64,000 nt of DNA. Origin: an uncultured Muribaculaceae bacterium. Lineage in GTDB: Bacteria > Bacteroidota > Bacteroidia > Bacteroidales > Muribaculaceae. The stretch is taken from contig CAJGBY010000005.1 in NCBI GenBank assembly GCA_904501735.1, forward strand, positions 27,660-91,659. The letters are read 5' to 3'. Below, piece by piece: positions 36,072-45,700 of the stretch. The translations under genes were made by a program, and so were the position numbers. The notes under the pieces were generated by a model that saw only the letters and a list, made by a program, of their open reading frames with translations, ran no database searches and had not been told where the DNA came from. How positions within the stretch are numbered: the stretch's first letter is position 1; the number at the start of each line of letters is the position of its first letter.

Positions 36072-37277
36072 ATGGAATCGATAAGCGAAATATTCAGAAT
36101 AGGAACCGGTCCTTCAAGTAGTCACACTATGGGACCTCGTAAAGCAGTGCAACAATTTATAGCAGAATATCCGTCGGCAGTGAACTTCGAAGTATACCTT
36201 TACGGTTCGCTAGCAGCAACGGGTAAAGGCCACTTGACCGACAAGGCTATTGAAGATGTGTTGTCGCCTGTGGGTGAGCTTGTTATCAACTGGTGTCCTG
36301 ACTTTGTACCCCAATATCACACCAATGGAATGCGCATCGTAGGTCGCGATGTGTGTGGAATTGTGTTAGGTGATCGCACTGTATATTCGGTGGGCGGTGG
36401 TAAAATCGTGTGGGATACCGAAGTGTCGGGAGAAAGCGATAGCAAAAAGAGCGTGTATCCTATGCGTCGCATATCGGACATTCTTGAGTGGTGTGAACGC
36501 ACAGGCAAGAGCTATTGGGAATATGTGGACGAATGCGAGGGCGAATATATATGGGACTATCTACACGAAGTGTGGGAAGTGATGAAAGCTTCGGTGAAAC
36601 GCGGACTTGAAGGCGAAGGCGTGTTGCCAGGTGGACTTGGTGTGCGTCGCAAGGCTGTGAGCTATTATATGAAGGCGAGTGGTTATTCAAGTAGCCTAAA
36701 AAGTCGTGGGCTGGTGTATTCTTATGCACTTGCAGTGAGCGAAGAGAATGCATCGGGTGGAATGATTGTTACTGCCCCTACATGTGGCTCATGTGGCGTA
36801 CTTCCTGCGGTGTTGTATCATTTGTATCTATCTCGTGAATTTTCTGAAAAGCGTATATTGCGTGCTCTTGCAACAGCAGGCATATTTGGTAATGTGGTGA
36901 AGACCAATGCATCTATTTCGGGTGCCGAAGTGGGTTGCCAAGGCGAAGTGGGTGTGGCGTGTGCTATGGCAGCAGCTGCAGCAAGCCAACTCTTTGGTGG
37001 TTCGCCAGCGCAGATAGAGTATGCTGCTGAGATGGGACTTGAGCACCACTTAGGGCTTACATGCGACCCTGTGTGCGGACTTGTGCAGATTCCATGCATC
37101 GAAAGAAACGCTTATGCGGCAGCGCGTGCGCTCGATTCGAACCTATATGCGTCGTTTAGTGATGGTGTTCACAGTGTTAGCTTTGACCGAGTGGTAGAAG
37201 TGATGAAACAAACAGGCCACGATTTGCCAAGTGTGTATAAAGAAACGTCGAAAGGTGGTCTTGCAGCTATAGGATGA
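36072..37277 (+). CDS. sdaA: L-serine ammonia-lyase (iron-sulfur dependent, single chain)
   Basis: GTGPSSSHTMGP motif at the N-terminus, CGSCGV and GAEVGCQGEVGVACAMAA cluster-binding regions. Confidence 0.93.
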   Translation: MESISEIFRIGTGPSSSHTMGPRKAVQQFIAEYPSAVNFEVYLYGSLAATGKGHLTDKAIEDVLSPVGELVINWCPDFVPQYHTNGMRIVGRDVCGIVLGDRTVYSVGGGKIVWDTEVSGESDSKKSVYPMRRISDILEWCERTGKSYWEYVDECEGEYIWDYLHEVWEVMKASVKRGLEGEGVLPGGLGVRRKAVSYYMKASGYSSSLKSRGLVYSYALAVSEENASGGMIVTAPTCGSCGVLPAVLYHLYLSREFSEKRILRALATAGIFGNVVKTNASISGAEVGCQGEVGVACAMAAAAASQLFGGSPAQIEYAAEMGLEHHLGLTCDPVCGLVQIPCIERNAYAAARALDSNLYASFSDGVHSVSFDRVVEVMKQTGHDLPSVYKETSKGGLAAIG

Positions 37278-37409
37278 GGAGATAAAAGTAGTAAAAATGG
37301 ATAAAAATTCGTAACTTTGTGGTTGGAAAGGTGAGATATGCGTATGTCGCAAAGAAAACCTTCGAGAACTGAATAGATAACGATTTAACACTAATATATT
37401 TAGAAGCGA

Positions 37410-38384
37410 ATGAAACCATTGTCGCTTGAAATGGCATTTCCTGAATTGCGAAACGATATTACGCAATGGAAGGATCAAATAAACGAATCGGGACAACTCC
37501 CTGCTGAGCTTATGAGCGAGGAGGAAGGGCTTGATGTGCGCCGTTGGTATGTGCTGTATCTTGCTAATAATGGTTTGGTGGACGAAGCTATCCAAGAACT
37601 AAGTGCTATAAATCGTGATTTGTATGCGGGAACGCTTGGTGGAGCATGGTTGTATCTTGCCGAAATGGCGTTGCAGATAGAGCGAAACGAGTTTAACTAT
37701 GCACTTGAGGCAGGTGAACAGTCGTTGCGCGTGTTGGCATCGATGGATACCGATCGCACACATATCGATTATCTGGCGCTTGCGGCAGGTGTGGTGTATT
37801 GCTTGGCTGTGTTGCATCACAAGGTGGGCGAGAATGTGCGCGCTGAAAAAGAGCTTGTGAAGGCTCAAAAACTGCTTGAAAAGCTTGCTAAAAAGGATAA
37901 AATGCGTTTTGGTGCATCGATAGTGAACGCTATCGAAGCCTCAACAACAATATTCAATTCGCGCTTGAAGCAAATGAACATCTTGGCGCACTATCAGATT
38001 ACCACCGATTTGTATCTCGATAAGGCTCATAAGGGTGTAACCCAAGCTATTTATGACCTTGTGGAATCGCTACAAAACGAGGGCGACTTGCATCTAAAGA
38101 TTGGTAACTATCGTGATGCTGTGAAGTATTATACCAAGGCGTTGCGCTACCAAAAGAAGGTAACACCTAAGATGGGCGAGCGTGAATTGCGCATTTCGAT
38201 CAATATGGGGCGTGCATTGCTTCACATTACAGCTCGTCAAAGTACTGGCGAACAGCTGTTGCGTTCGCTTATTCCACTTGCCGAACGACTTGATGCTATC
38301 AACGAGAAAAATGAGATTCAAGCTATTCTCGACCATAAAGGTAAGGCATTTGACTTTATGTCGTTCATAAAAAAGATTTTCTAA
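37410..38384 (+). CDS. Hypothetical helical-repeat (TPR-like) protein
   Basis: 324-aa ORF with TPR-like segments (IGNYRDAVKYYTKALRYQKK). No family is recognised. Confidence 0.55.
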   Translation: MKPLSLEMAFPELRNDITQWKDQINESGQLPAELMSEEEGLDVRRWYVLYLANNGLVDEAIQELSAINRDLYAGTLGGAWLYLAEMALQIERNEFNYALEAGEQSLRVLASMDTDRTHIDYLALAAGVVYCLAVLHHKVGENVRAEKELVKAQKLLEKLAKKDKMRFGASIVNAIEASTTIFNSRLKQMNILAHYQITTDLYLDKAHKGVTQAIYDLVESLQNEGDLHLKIGNYRDAVKYYTKALRYQKKVTPKMGERELRISINMGRALLHITARQSTGEQLLRSLIPLAERLDAINEKNEIQAILDHKGKAFDFMSFIKKIF

Positions 38385-38438
38385 GGTAGTGGTAATCAGT
38401 TGATTGATTGTATACTGCTATAAAATCCTCTAAAATAA

Positions 38439-38470
38439 TTTGTGATTTACGAAAAATATTCGTACCTTTG
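38439..38470 (+). promoter_or_regulatory. Bacteroidetes-type promoter of the tRNA-Tyr/tRNA-Gly unit
   Basis: TTTG (38439-42), 20 nt, TACCTTTG (38463-70); the tRNA starts 17 nt downstream. The same TACCTTTGCA core occurs upstream of the yceD-rpmF operon. Confidence 0.55.
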
Positions 38471-38486
38471 CATCGCATTTATGCAA

Positions 38487-38569
38487 GGGTAGGTAGGTAA
38501 GTGGTTAAAACGGGCAGACTGTAAATCTGTTGGCTTGCGCCTTCGGCGGTTCGAATCCGTCCCTGCCCA
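38487..38569 (+). tRNA. tRNA-Tyr (anticodon GTA)
   Basis: Acceptor GGGTAGG / CCTGCCC (one G-U pair) with discriminator A. Anticodon arm GCAGA-CTGTAAA-TCTGT. Long variable arm and T arm GGCGG-TTCGAAT-CCGTC. The D stem pairs weakly in my hand fold (G10-G25). CCA is not encoded. Confidence 0.85.
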
Positions 38570-38579
38570 CTTAATTTTC

Positions 38580-38652
38580 GCGGAAGTAGCTCAGTTGATA
38601 GAGCATCAGCCTTCCAAGCTGAGGGTCGCGAGTTTGAGCCTCGTCTTCCGCT
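38580..38652 (+). tRNA. tRNA-Gly (anticodon TCC)
   Basis: Acceptor GCGGAAG / CTTCCGC with discriminator T. D arm GCTC-AGTTGATA-GAGC, anticodon arm TCAGC-CTTCCAA-GCTGA, T arm GCGAG-TTTGAGC-CTCGT. Confidence 0.9.
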
Positions 38653-38668
38653 CAAACAACAAGACAAA

Positions 38669-38703
38669 AACGATGTGCAAGATTTGCACATCGTTTTTTT
38701 TAT
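38669..38703 (+). terminator. Terminator of the tRNA unit
   Basis: AACGATGTGCAA (38669-80) pairs with TTGCACATCGTT (38684-95), followed by a T8 run. Confidence 0.85.
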
Positions 38704-38740
38704 TTTACTATCTTTGTAACTGATAAAATCAGTAATCGAT

Positions 38741-39475
38741 ATGCGAAGAGTATTTGTAACAGGTGCTGGGCATGGAATAGGTCGTGCGATAGTGGAAGCA
38801 TTTGCGAGCAGAGGCGACAAAGTGGCGTTCTGCGATAAAGATGTGGAGCGCGGCGAGGAAGTGGCGAAGGCTACGGGAGCGCGATTTTTTGCTCTCGATG
38901 TGTGCGACAAAGCTGCCTTAGAGGGCGCAGTGCTTACATTGATTGACGAATGGGGTGATATTGATATCATCGTGAACAATGTGGGTGTGGGTGGTTTTGA
39001 GTCGATAATTTCGACCACTGTAGAGCATTTTGAGGAGATACTGAACACCAATTTGCGTAGCGCATTCATCACAGCCCGATTGCTTGCCGTGCATCGTTCG
39101 CAACAAGAGGAAAAGAACCCTTATGGACGCATTGTGAACATGTGTTCGACACGCTATTTGCAAAGCGAGGCCGGAAGCGAAGGGTATGCTGCGTCGAAGG
39201 GCGGAATATGGTCGTTGACACACGCATTGGCAGTGTCGTTGGCTCCTTATCACATCACAGTGAATTGCATTGCTCCAGGTTGGATAAGCGTAGACGAAAA
39301 TGAAGTGTTGCGACCAGAGGATCATGAGTTTCACCTATCGGGCAGAGTAGGCCGAGCCGAAGACATAGCACGCACATGCTTGTTCCTATGCGATGAAAAC
39401 AGCGATTTCATTAATGGTCAGTGTATCACCGTTGATGGCGGAGTAACAAAAAAGATGATTTATCCAGAGGAGTAA
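38741..39475 (+). CDS. Short-chain dehydrogenase/reductase (FabG-like)
   Basis: VFVTGAGHGIGRA (TGxxxGxG), NNVG and YAASKGG (YxxxK) motifs. Confidence 0.85.
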   Translation: MRRVFVTGAGHGIGRAIVEAFASRGDKVAFCDKDVERGEEVAKATGARFFALDVCDKAALEGAVLTLIDEWGDIDIIVNNVGVGGFESIISTTVEHFEEILNTNLRSAFITARLLAVHRSQQEEKNPYGRIVNMCSTRYLQSEAGSEGYAASKGGIWSLTHALAVSLAPYHITVNCIAPGWISVDENEVLRPEDHEFHLSGRVGRAEDIARTCLFLCDENSDFINGQCITVDGGVTKKMIYPEE

Positions 39476-39482
39476 TATAATT

Positions 39483-40502
39483 ATGAGAAGTGAGAGAAAC
39501 TATTGGGGTTATAGAATCTGTACAGATCATATTGATTTTTTTGCTAAAAAGTTAAATCTTGAAATATTGCATCAAGGTTGGGGCTATCACGAAGGGCAAA
39601 ATTTGCTCAATATGACATACGATGGAGGTGCTTCAAAAAACCTTAGGATGTTAGAGGTTAAAAAAGGAGATTACCTATTAGTACCAAGACTGCCAGAATG
39701 GGATTATGTAGCCATAGTTGAAGCTACTATGGACTGGAAAGCCGGCTACAAATTCGAAATAGATGAAGAGTTGGAAGATTTTGGACACATCTTTCCTGCT
39801 AAAATTATTTGTGTGTTCAATCGCCATAGTGAGGTTGTTTCGGGTGATATTCGTTCAACATTGAAAAACCCTGGTCGTTTTTGGAATATAAATTATCTTG
39901 CTGACGATATTGATAAGATTGTAGAGTCGAAAGGCAATGAAAACGCATTAAAGAACTATCATAGTGTGGATAATCGTTTAGTAGGAACAATAGAAAATTG
40001 TTACAAACAGAGTTTTGACAAATCTAAATTTGCTAATGAATTATTCCAAAATATTCACAAACAGTTCCAAGCATCAGAGTGGGAAGATGCGTTAGTGTGC
40101 GGATTGAAAGAGTTGTTCCCAGAGCCAATATTTACGGTTGAAAGGACAGGTGGCATCACCGAGGTGGAACACGGAACGGATGTTGTTATCAAATTTTCAA
40201 ACCCACTTTCGCAAATCAATTATATAATTGCAATTCAAATAAAGGATTATAAAGATATAGTCTGGAATATAGAAGACATTATTAATCAAACCAATAAAGC
40301 CTCTTATTGGGATAAAGATGGTGATAAACTCATTGAGAAGATATTAATTGTAACACAAGCAGATAAAGAACAAAACACAGATTTGGTTACATCTTGCAAA
40401 GAAAATAATATCACACTTATTATGGGCGAGGAATTAAAAGATATTTTGGTTCAAATAGGACTCAAGCGAATTGCTCGCAATTTCCCATATGGTGAGCAAT
40501 AA
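39483..40502 (+). CDS. Mrr-like (PD-(D/E)xK, D...QxK) restriction endonuclease with N-terminal PUA/EVE-like beta-barrel domain; type IV restriction candidate
   Basis: The C-terminal half has EWEDALVCGLKELFP...EVEHGTDVVIKF (D233, nt 40179-81) ...YIIAIQIKDY (Q252/K254, nt 40236-44), matching the Mrr_cat pattern DgGiD....QxKry. The N-terminal 140 aa (YWGYRI...QGWGY...KKGDYLLVPRLPEWDYVAIVEATMDWKAGYKFE...FGHIFPAKII) look like a small beta-barrel reader domain. The gene is about 30-35% GC by eye, against ~50% in the SDR gene 7 nt upstream. Confidence 0.6.
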   Translation: MRSERNYWGYRICTDHIDFFAKKLNLEILHQGWGYHEGQNLLNMTYDGGASKNLRMLEVKKGDYLLVPRLPEWDYVAIVEATMDWKAGYKFEIDEELEDFGHIFPAKIICVFNRHSEVVSGDIRSTLKNPGRFWNINYLADDIDKIVESKGNENALKNYHSVDNRLVGTIENCYKQSFDKSKFANELFQNIHKQFQASEWEDALVCGLKELFPEPIFTVERTGGITEVEHGTDVVIKFSNPLSQINYIIAIQIKDYKDIVWNIEDIINQTNKASYWDKDGDKLIEKILIVTQADKEQNTDLVTSCKENNITLIMGEELKDILVQIGLKRIARNFPYGEQ

Positions 40503-40530
40503 TCAATGATTATCTTGACTATAAAATAGC

Positions 40531-40565
40531 AAAAGCGCAAGCCAGTGTGGGTTGCGCTTTTGTTG
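40531..40565. terminator. Bidirectional terminator
   Basis: AAAGCGCAA (40532-40) pairs with TTGCGCTTT (40552-60), then TGTTG. It lies between convergent genes. Confidence 0.7.
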
Positions 40566-40581
40566 TATATTATGATTGGTT

Positions 40582-41055
40582 TTATTTAGCTTCTTCTTCT
40601 GAATCTTCTTTGTTGTCGATGAATTCTTCAGGTACGAAAGTGAATATACCACCTTGTCCGTTGTTTAGGCGAAGGCTTGTGCCTGTAACCACATAGAAAG
40701 TTGACATTTCATATTTGCTACCTTCCATTGTGATGCTAAGCATGTGCATTGAATTTGCACCAAGATTGTAAGATTTCCATGTGAATTGGTTTCTTGTTAT
40801 TTCAGTATCGTTTTCAGTCTTTTCTTCGCTGTAACCTGTGTTGTCGAGGTTGAAAACATAAGAAGAGTATTCTACATTTTCGCCACCCATAACACTTTGT
40901 AGCACCCATTTAGTTCCGCAAAGACCAGTTGTAGCAGGATCGTCTAAAGGATAGTCGAATTCGCTGCCACCAGTAGCGCATGAGTTAAAAGCTATAGCAA
41001 CAAATAGCATTGAAAATGCTAAGATTACACTCTTTAGGTTTAATATCTTTTTCAT
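40582..41055 (-). CDS. Hypothetical lipoprotein
   Basis: The signal peptide has lipobox AFNSC (MKKILNLKSVILAFSMLFVAIAFNSCATGG). The protein is small and beta-rich with an acidic C-terminal tail. No family is recognised. Confidence 0.6.
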   Translation of the reverse strand: MKKILNLKSVILAFSMLFVAIAFNSCATGGSEFDYPLDDPATTGLCGTKWVLQSVMGGENVEYSSYVFNLDNTGYSEEKTENDTEITRNQFTWKSYNLGANSMHMLSITMEGSKYEMSTFYVVTGTSLRLNNGQGGIFTFVPEEFIDNKEDSEEEAK

Positions 41056-41149
41056 AATGTTATTTAATTAGTGTTCAGTTATAGTTCAAGCACAAAGATA
41101 GGAAAAAAATGCAGTCGAAAGCATTAAGGGGGGTAATTAATACCTCTTT

Positions 41150-42082
41150 TTAGCTTTTTTTGGGTTTTAGTAATTGTGCATTGCGTTGCAAACCTTCGAG
41201 TTTGGCTCGTTTTACGGCACTTTTCCCGAAAATAGCCTTAAATGTTTCGGGAGTCATAGAGACGATGTCGTCGAGCGAAAGGTTCAAGAACTCAGATGAA
41301 GGACGGAACTCCTCGATGGTGGTAGGAGTGGCGTGTGAGTTGTGAGGACAACAGAATTGGCACGAATCGCAGCCATAGATTCGATTTCCCGCCACTTCGG
41401 CTATCCAATGAGGTAAATCCCCACGACGCTCGATAAGTTGGCACGAAAGGCATCGTCGTGCGTCGAGACTGCGTTCGTCGTGCAAAGCATTAGCAGGGCA
41501 AGCCTCAACACATCGGTTGCAGTTGCCACACGACAACGAACAAGGTTCATCGGGTGTGAGTTCTAAAGGTGTGATGAGTTCGCCAAGGAAGAAAAAAGAG
41601 CCTTTGCCGGGAATTATGAGCAGATTGTTGCGTCCTATGAATCCAATACCTGCTTCACGAGCCCAATATTTCTCCATTATGGGAGCAGTGTCGACACAAA
41701 TACGAGATTGAACACCCCAATTATCCGAGATAAACTGGTTGAGGAGTGATAGTCGTTGTCGAATGACATCGTGATAGTCTTTTCCGTAGGCATAGCGAGA
41801 GAATTGAGGCGCATCGTGATGTTGTGATACTGCAGGATAGTAGTTCATCGCCACGCAGATTACAGTTTTTGCGCCAGGAAAGAGCGTGCAAGGATTGTTG
41901 CGTAGGTCTTGGTAGCGTTCGGCATAGTCCATGATATCGTTTTTGCCGTCGGCAATCCATTCAGAATATTGCGAAATAGCTTTGTCGCTCACTTGTTGGG
42001 CACGCGCAAATCCACACACATCAAAACCAAGTTCGAGGGCCTTGGCTCTTATGCTTTCGGTTATCTTTTTAGGAGAATCCAT
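41150..42082 (-). CDS. queG: tRNA epoxyqueuosine(34) reductase
   Basis: Two ferredoxin-type cluster motifs (CGNCNRCVEACP; CDSCQFCCP), a B12-binding-domain-like N-terminal half, and the typical ...FGKSAVKRAKLEGLQRNA HEAT-like C-terminus. Confidence 0.9.
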   Translation of the reverse strand: MDSPKKITESIRAKALELGFDVCGFARAQQVSDKAISQYSEWIADGKNDIMDYAERYQDLRNNPCTLFPGAKTVICVAMNYYPAVSQHHDAPQFSRYAYGKDYHDVIRQRLSLLNQFISDNWGVQSRICVDTAPIMEKYWAREAGIGFIGRNNLLIIPGKGSFFFLGELITPLELTPDEPCSLSCGNCNRCVEACPANALHDERSLDARRCLSCQLIERRGDLPHWIAEVAGNRIYGCDSCQFCCPHNSHATPTTIEEFRPSSEFLNLSLDDIVSMTPETFKAIFGKSAVKRAKLEGLQRNAQLLKPKKS

Positions 42083-42094
42083 GTTGCGCAGATG

Positions 42095-42715
42095 CTATTC
42101 TTGAGCTTTGATAAGTTCAAAGGTGTATCCTTTGCTCTTGAGCCATTCGATAGCTCGAGGCAGAGCATATTTGAGGTTCTTTTCGGCCTTGAGTGAGTCG
42201 TGGAACACGATGATAGAGCCCTTGCGCGCATATCGCTTCACATTGTTGAGCACATCTTCGCCCGATAGCTTGTTGCTATAGTCGCGTGTTACGAGGTCAT
42301 ACATCACGATGGTGAATTGCTCGCGCAAAATACTTGCTTGCGCCCAACGCAAAAGTCCATGAGGAGGGCGGAATAGAGGCGAATTGATGTAGCGATGAGC
42401 TTCGAGCACATTGCGAAGGTATCGTTGCGAAGTAACCTTGATGCCTTGCAGGTGATTCATAGTGTGATTGCCCACATTGTGCCCTCTGCGCTTGATTTCC
42501 TCGAATAGTTCGGGGTTGCGACGCACATTGTCGCCCACGCAGAAGAATGTAGCTTTCACGCCATATTGGTCGAGCGTATCGAGTACCCAAGGAGTAACTT
42601 CGGGTATAGGTCCATCGTCGAATGTGAGATATACGCATTTGCGCTTGCGATGTAGACGCCACACACATTCGGGAAAAAGTATTCGATAAAAAAGAGGAGG
42701 TTGCTCGATAAACAT
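42095..42715 (-). CDS. Polysaccharide deacetylase (NodB homology domain, CE4)
   Basis: YLTFDDGP (motif 1), NHTMNH (motif 2, His-His) and RPPHG (motif 3). There is a 12-nt gap to queG. Confidence 0.85.
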   Translation of the reverse strand: MFIEQPPLFYRILFPECVWRLHRKRKCVYLTFDDGPIPEVTPWVLDTLDQYGVKATFFCVGDNVRRNPELFEEIKRRGHNVGNHTMNHLQGIKVTSQRYLRNVLEAHRYINSPLFRPPHGLLRWAQASILREQFTIVMYDLVTRDYSNKLSGEDVLNNVKRYARKGSIIVFHDSLKAEKNLKYALPRAIEWLKSKGYTFELIKAQE

Positions 42716-42782
42716 AGGCTCAATATTGAGTGATTAAAAATAAGGCGATGTATCATAGTTGAACATCGCCTTATTGGAAAGA

Positions 42783-45700
42783 TTATGCATCCTTGCCTGA
42801 AAGATTGATGCGGTCGAGGTTAACGCCCAATGCTTCAATCTTCATAAGCATAGCAGTCATAGTTTCGTCGTCAACGATTTGTGCATACGATTGCAAACAG
42901 CTTGCGAAGATGTTGCGGTCGATATACATGTCGTATCTTGAGATGAGGTTGTACTTACTTGGTTCGAGAGATTGGAAGAAACGCACATATTCGGCATATT
43001 TCAATACTTCGCGTTCAAGAATAGCTTCGGCCTTCTTCAAGTCTTCTTCGTTGCCAGTTTCTTCGCCAAGAGTCATGTAGAGACTTGCGATGTCCATACC
43101 CATAGAAAGTGAGTAAGAGCAAGCCTTTTCAGGCAACTTAGCAATCATCAAGTCGAGGATTTCGCGACACTTGTTTTCGCTATCGTTAGCCCACTTCATT
43201 TTTTCGGCATATTGAGCCGATGTAGTGTCCATTTCGCTTGCTTCAACCTTGAACATATAAGATTCTTGAGCAAGAGCAGTAGCGAGGTCAAGCATAGTAG
43301 AACGAGTGGTAGAAACCATGCGACGAACAGACTCGTCGAGATATAGGCTACCAGGTTCGGCAGTGTCGAGACCACCCCAAGTGAACTTCTTAGTTACATT
43401 TTCGTACATCTTTTCGGTGTTCACACCTGCATCACCCGAGGCATTGTAAGCCACAGGAGTAACTTGGTAGGCCATACCAGTGTTAAGCATGTAAGGAGTG
43501 AGACCAAGATAATACTTATCGGGCACAGTCATAGCGAAGTAGACTGGTCGTTTCCAGCCTTCAGCAATAGCCGACGCAACGATGTCGATACTCATCACCT
43601 TACTTGTGTTCATAGCACCATCGGCACGAGTGTTAGGCTCATTGAGCATATCGAGAGAAATATAAGGGTTGATATATTCCTTATATCTTTCAGAAACTAC
43701 ATTTTGAGCCACAGCAGCATCAGCATCCACAGGGATATACATGCGAGGGTACTTGAATTCGTACAAGTTGTACTTCGCATTCTTGCTATCGCCGTAGAAA
43801 TGCTCAACAGCCTTTAGAGCAGGAGTAAGAGTTGAGTCTGGGCTAATTAGGTAGCCATATTGTCGTTGATCGTAGGCAAAAGTTTCAGCATCGGCAATCA
43901 TTGGCACAGGTTCCGATTCGTAGGCAGGGCGACGCATTTGGTTGATGTACCAGTCGGTAGCCAAATAGCTCAAGTTGATAACGCGCACATCGGTGCGATA
44001 GTCTTCCACTTCTTGAGCATACCATAGAGGGAATGTGTCGTTATCACCATTGGTGAAGATGATACCATTTTGGTCGACACTTGCAAGGTAGTTTTTACCG
44101 AAATCGCGAGCGCAATAGCGTCCAGAGCGATCGTGGTCGTCCCAAGTTTGGCTCACCATTTGTAGTGGAACCAAAAGACCAACTACAGCAGCTACCCAAG
44201 CAGCAGCGCGAGCTTGCTTGTCCTTCTTCATCACATATTGGCGTAGGATGTACCACAAACCAGCAACACCCATACCCACCCAGATGGTGAATGCGTAGAA
44301 CGAACCAGCAAATGCATAGTCGCGTTCGCGAGGTTGGTTAGGATATTGGTTGAGGTAAACAACGATAGCCACACCAGTCATCAAGAACAAGAAAGTAACC
44401 ACCCAGAATTGTTCGATACCACGCTTGCTTACGAAAGCTTGCCATAGCAAACCGATGATACCAAGCAAAAGAGGTAGCATGAAGAACACATTGTGTCCCT
44501 TGTTGTCGGTAGTGAGGTCGGCAGGCATTAGGCTTTGGTCGCCAAGACGCCAGTTGTCGATGAAAGGAATACCACTGATCCAGTTACCTTGAGTGATTTC
44601 GCCATTACCTTGAATGTCGTTTTGGCGTCCTGCGAAGTTCCACATGAAGTAACGCCAATACATGTGATTCATCTGATAAGAGATGAAGAATTGTAGGTTT
44701 TCGAGGAATGTAGGCTTGAGTTTAGGCTCGTTGGCAAGAGTGTTGCCATTGCCGTCCACATAAGTGGTAGCATTCACCATTGTACCCTTCATTCCAGTCC
44801 ATTCCTTGTATTGTTGGATGTGCGAACCACTATACATACGAGGGAAAAGCATATTCAACTCAGGAGTCATCTTGTACTTCTTAGTGCGACCAGTAACGAT
44901 GTATTCGTCGGCTTCGTCAGGATTGCTCTTTACCTTCTTAGCATATAGTTTCTTGCCTTCGGTAACGATAGCCTTAGGAATACCAGAGCTATTTACTTCG
45001 TAAACGATACCCGATTGGAAAGTTTCGCCGTAAAGAAGAGGGCGGTCGCCATATTGTTCACGGTTGAGGTAGCTTGCAAGGGCAAACACATTGTCAGGAG
45101 AGTTTTGGTCCATTGGAGTTTGCGCATTAGAGCGAATAAGGATTACTGCGTAAGAAGAGTATCCCACGAAAATCACAAAAATGCTCATAGCCACGATAGT
45201 GAACCAACGCACAGGAATGTTCTTGCAGAACTTCCATAGATACACAACAAGTGCTGCAGTGAGAGCCAAAGGAAGCATCACACCATCACCGATGAGTAGA
45301 GTACCCGAGAAGAATACTGTGCAAAAGAATGCAATCTTGATGCGAGTAGCGCTGCGTTGCTTGTAAAGTTCGAACACGCACCACACAAAAATCGCAAGAA
45401 CTGCAATAGCGTAGAATAGAGTACCACTATTGAATCCGAATCCTAATGTGTTGACAAAGAAAAGTTCAAAATATTGAGCCATTTCCACGAATCCAGGAAC
45501 AAGACCGTAAAGGATAGCTGCAATGATAATAAACGACAAAAGCAATGCGATGAGCGAGCCCTTAGCCGATGTGTTTTTGAACTTCTTATAGTAGTACACA
45601 AGTACGATAGCAGGAATACAAAGCAAGTTAAGCAAGTGAACAGCTACCGATACCCCAATGACATAGGCAATAAGAATCAAGTAGCGGTCGCTATGTTCTT

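Noticed and set aside
38479-39072. 197-aa minus-strand ORF
   Set aside because: It overlaps both tRNA genes and the tRNA terminator and runs antisense to the well-supported SDR gene. Its composition is Ser/Thr/Ala-rich shadow-frame sequence.
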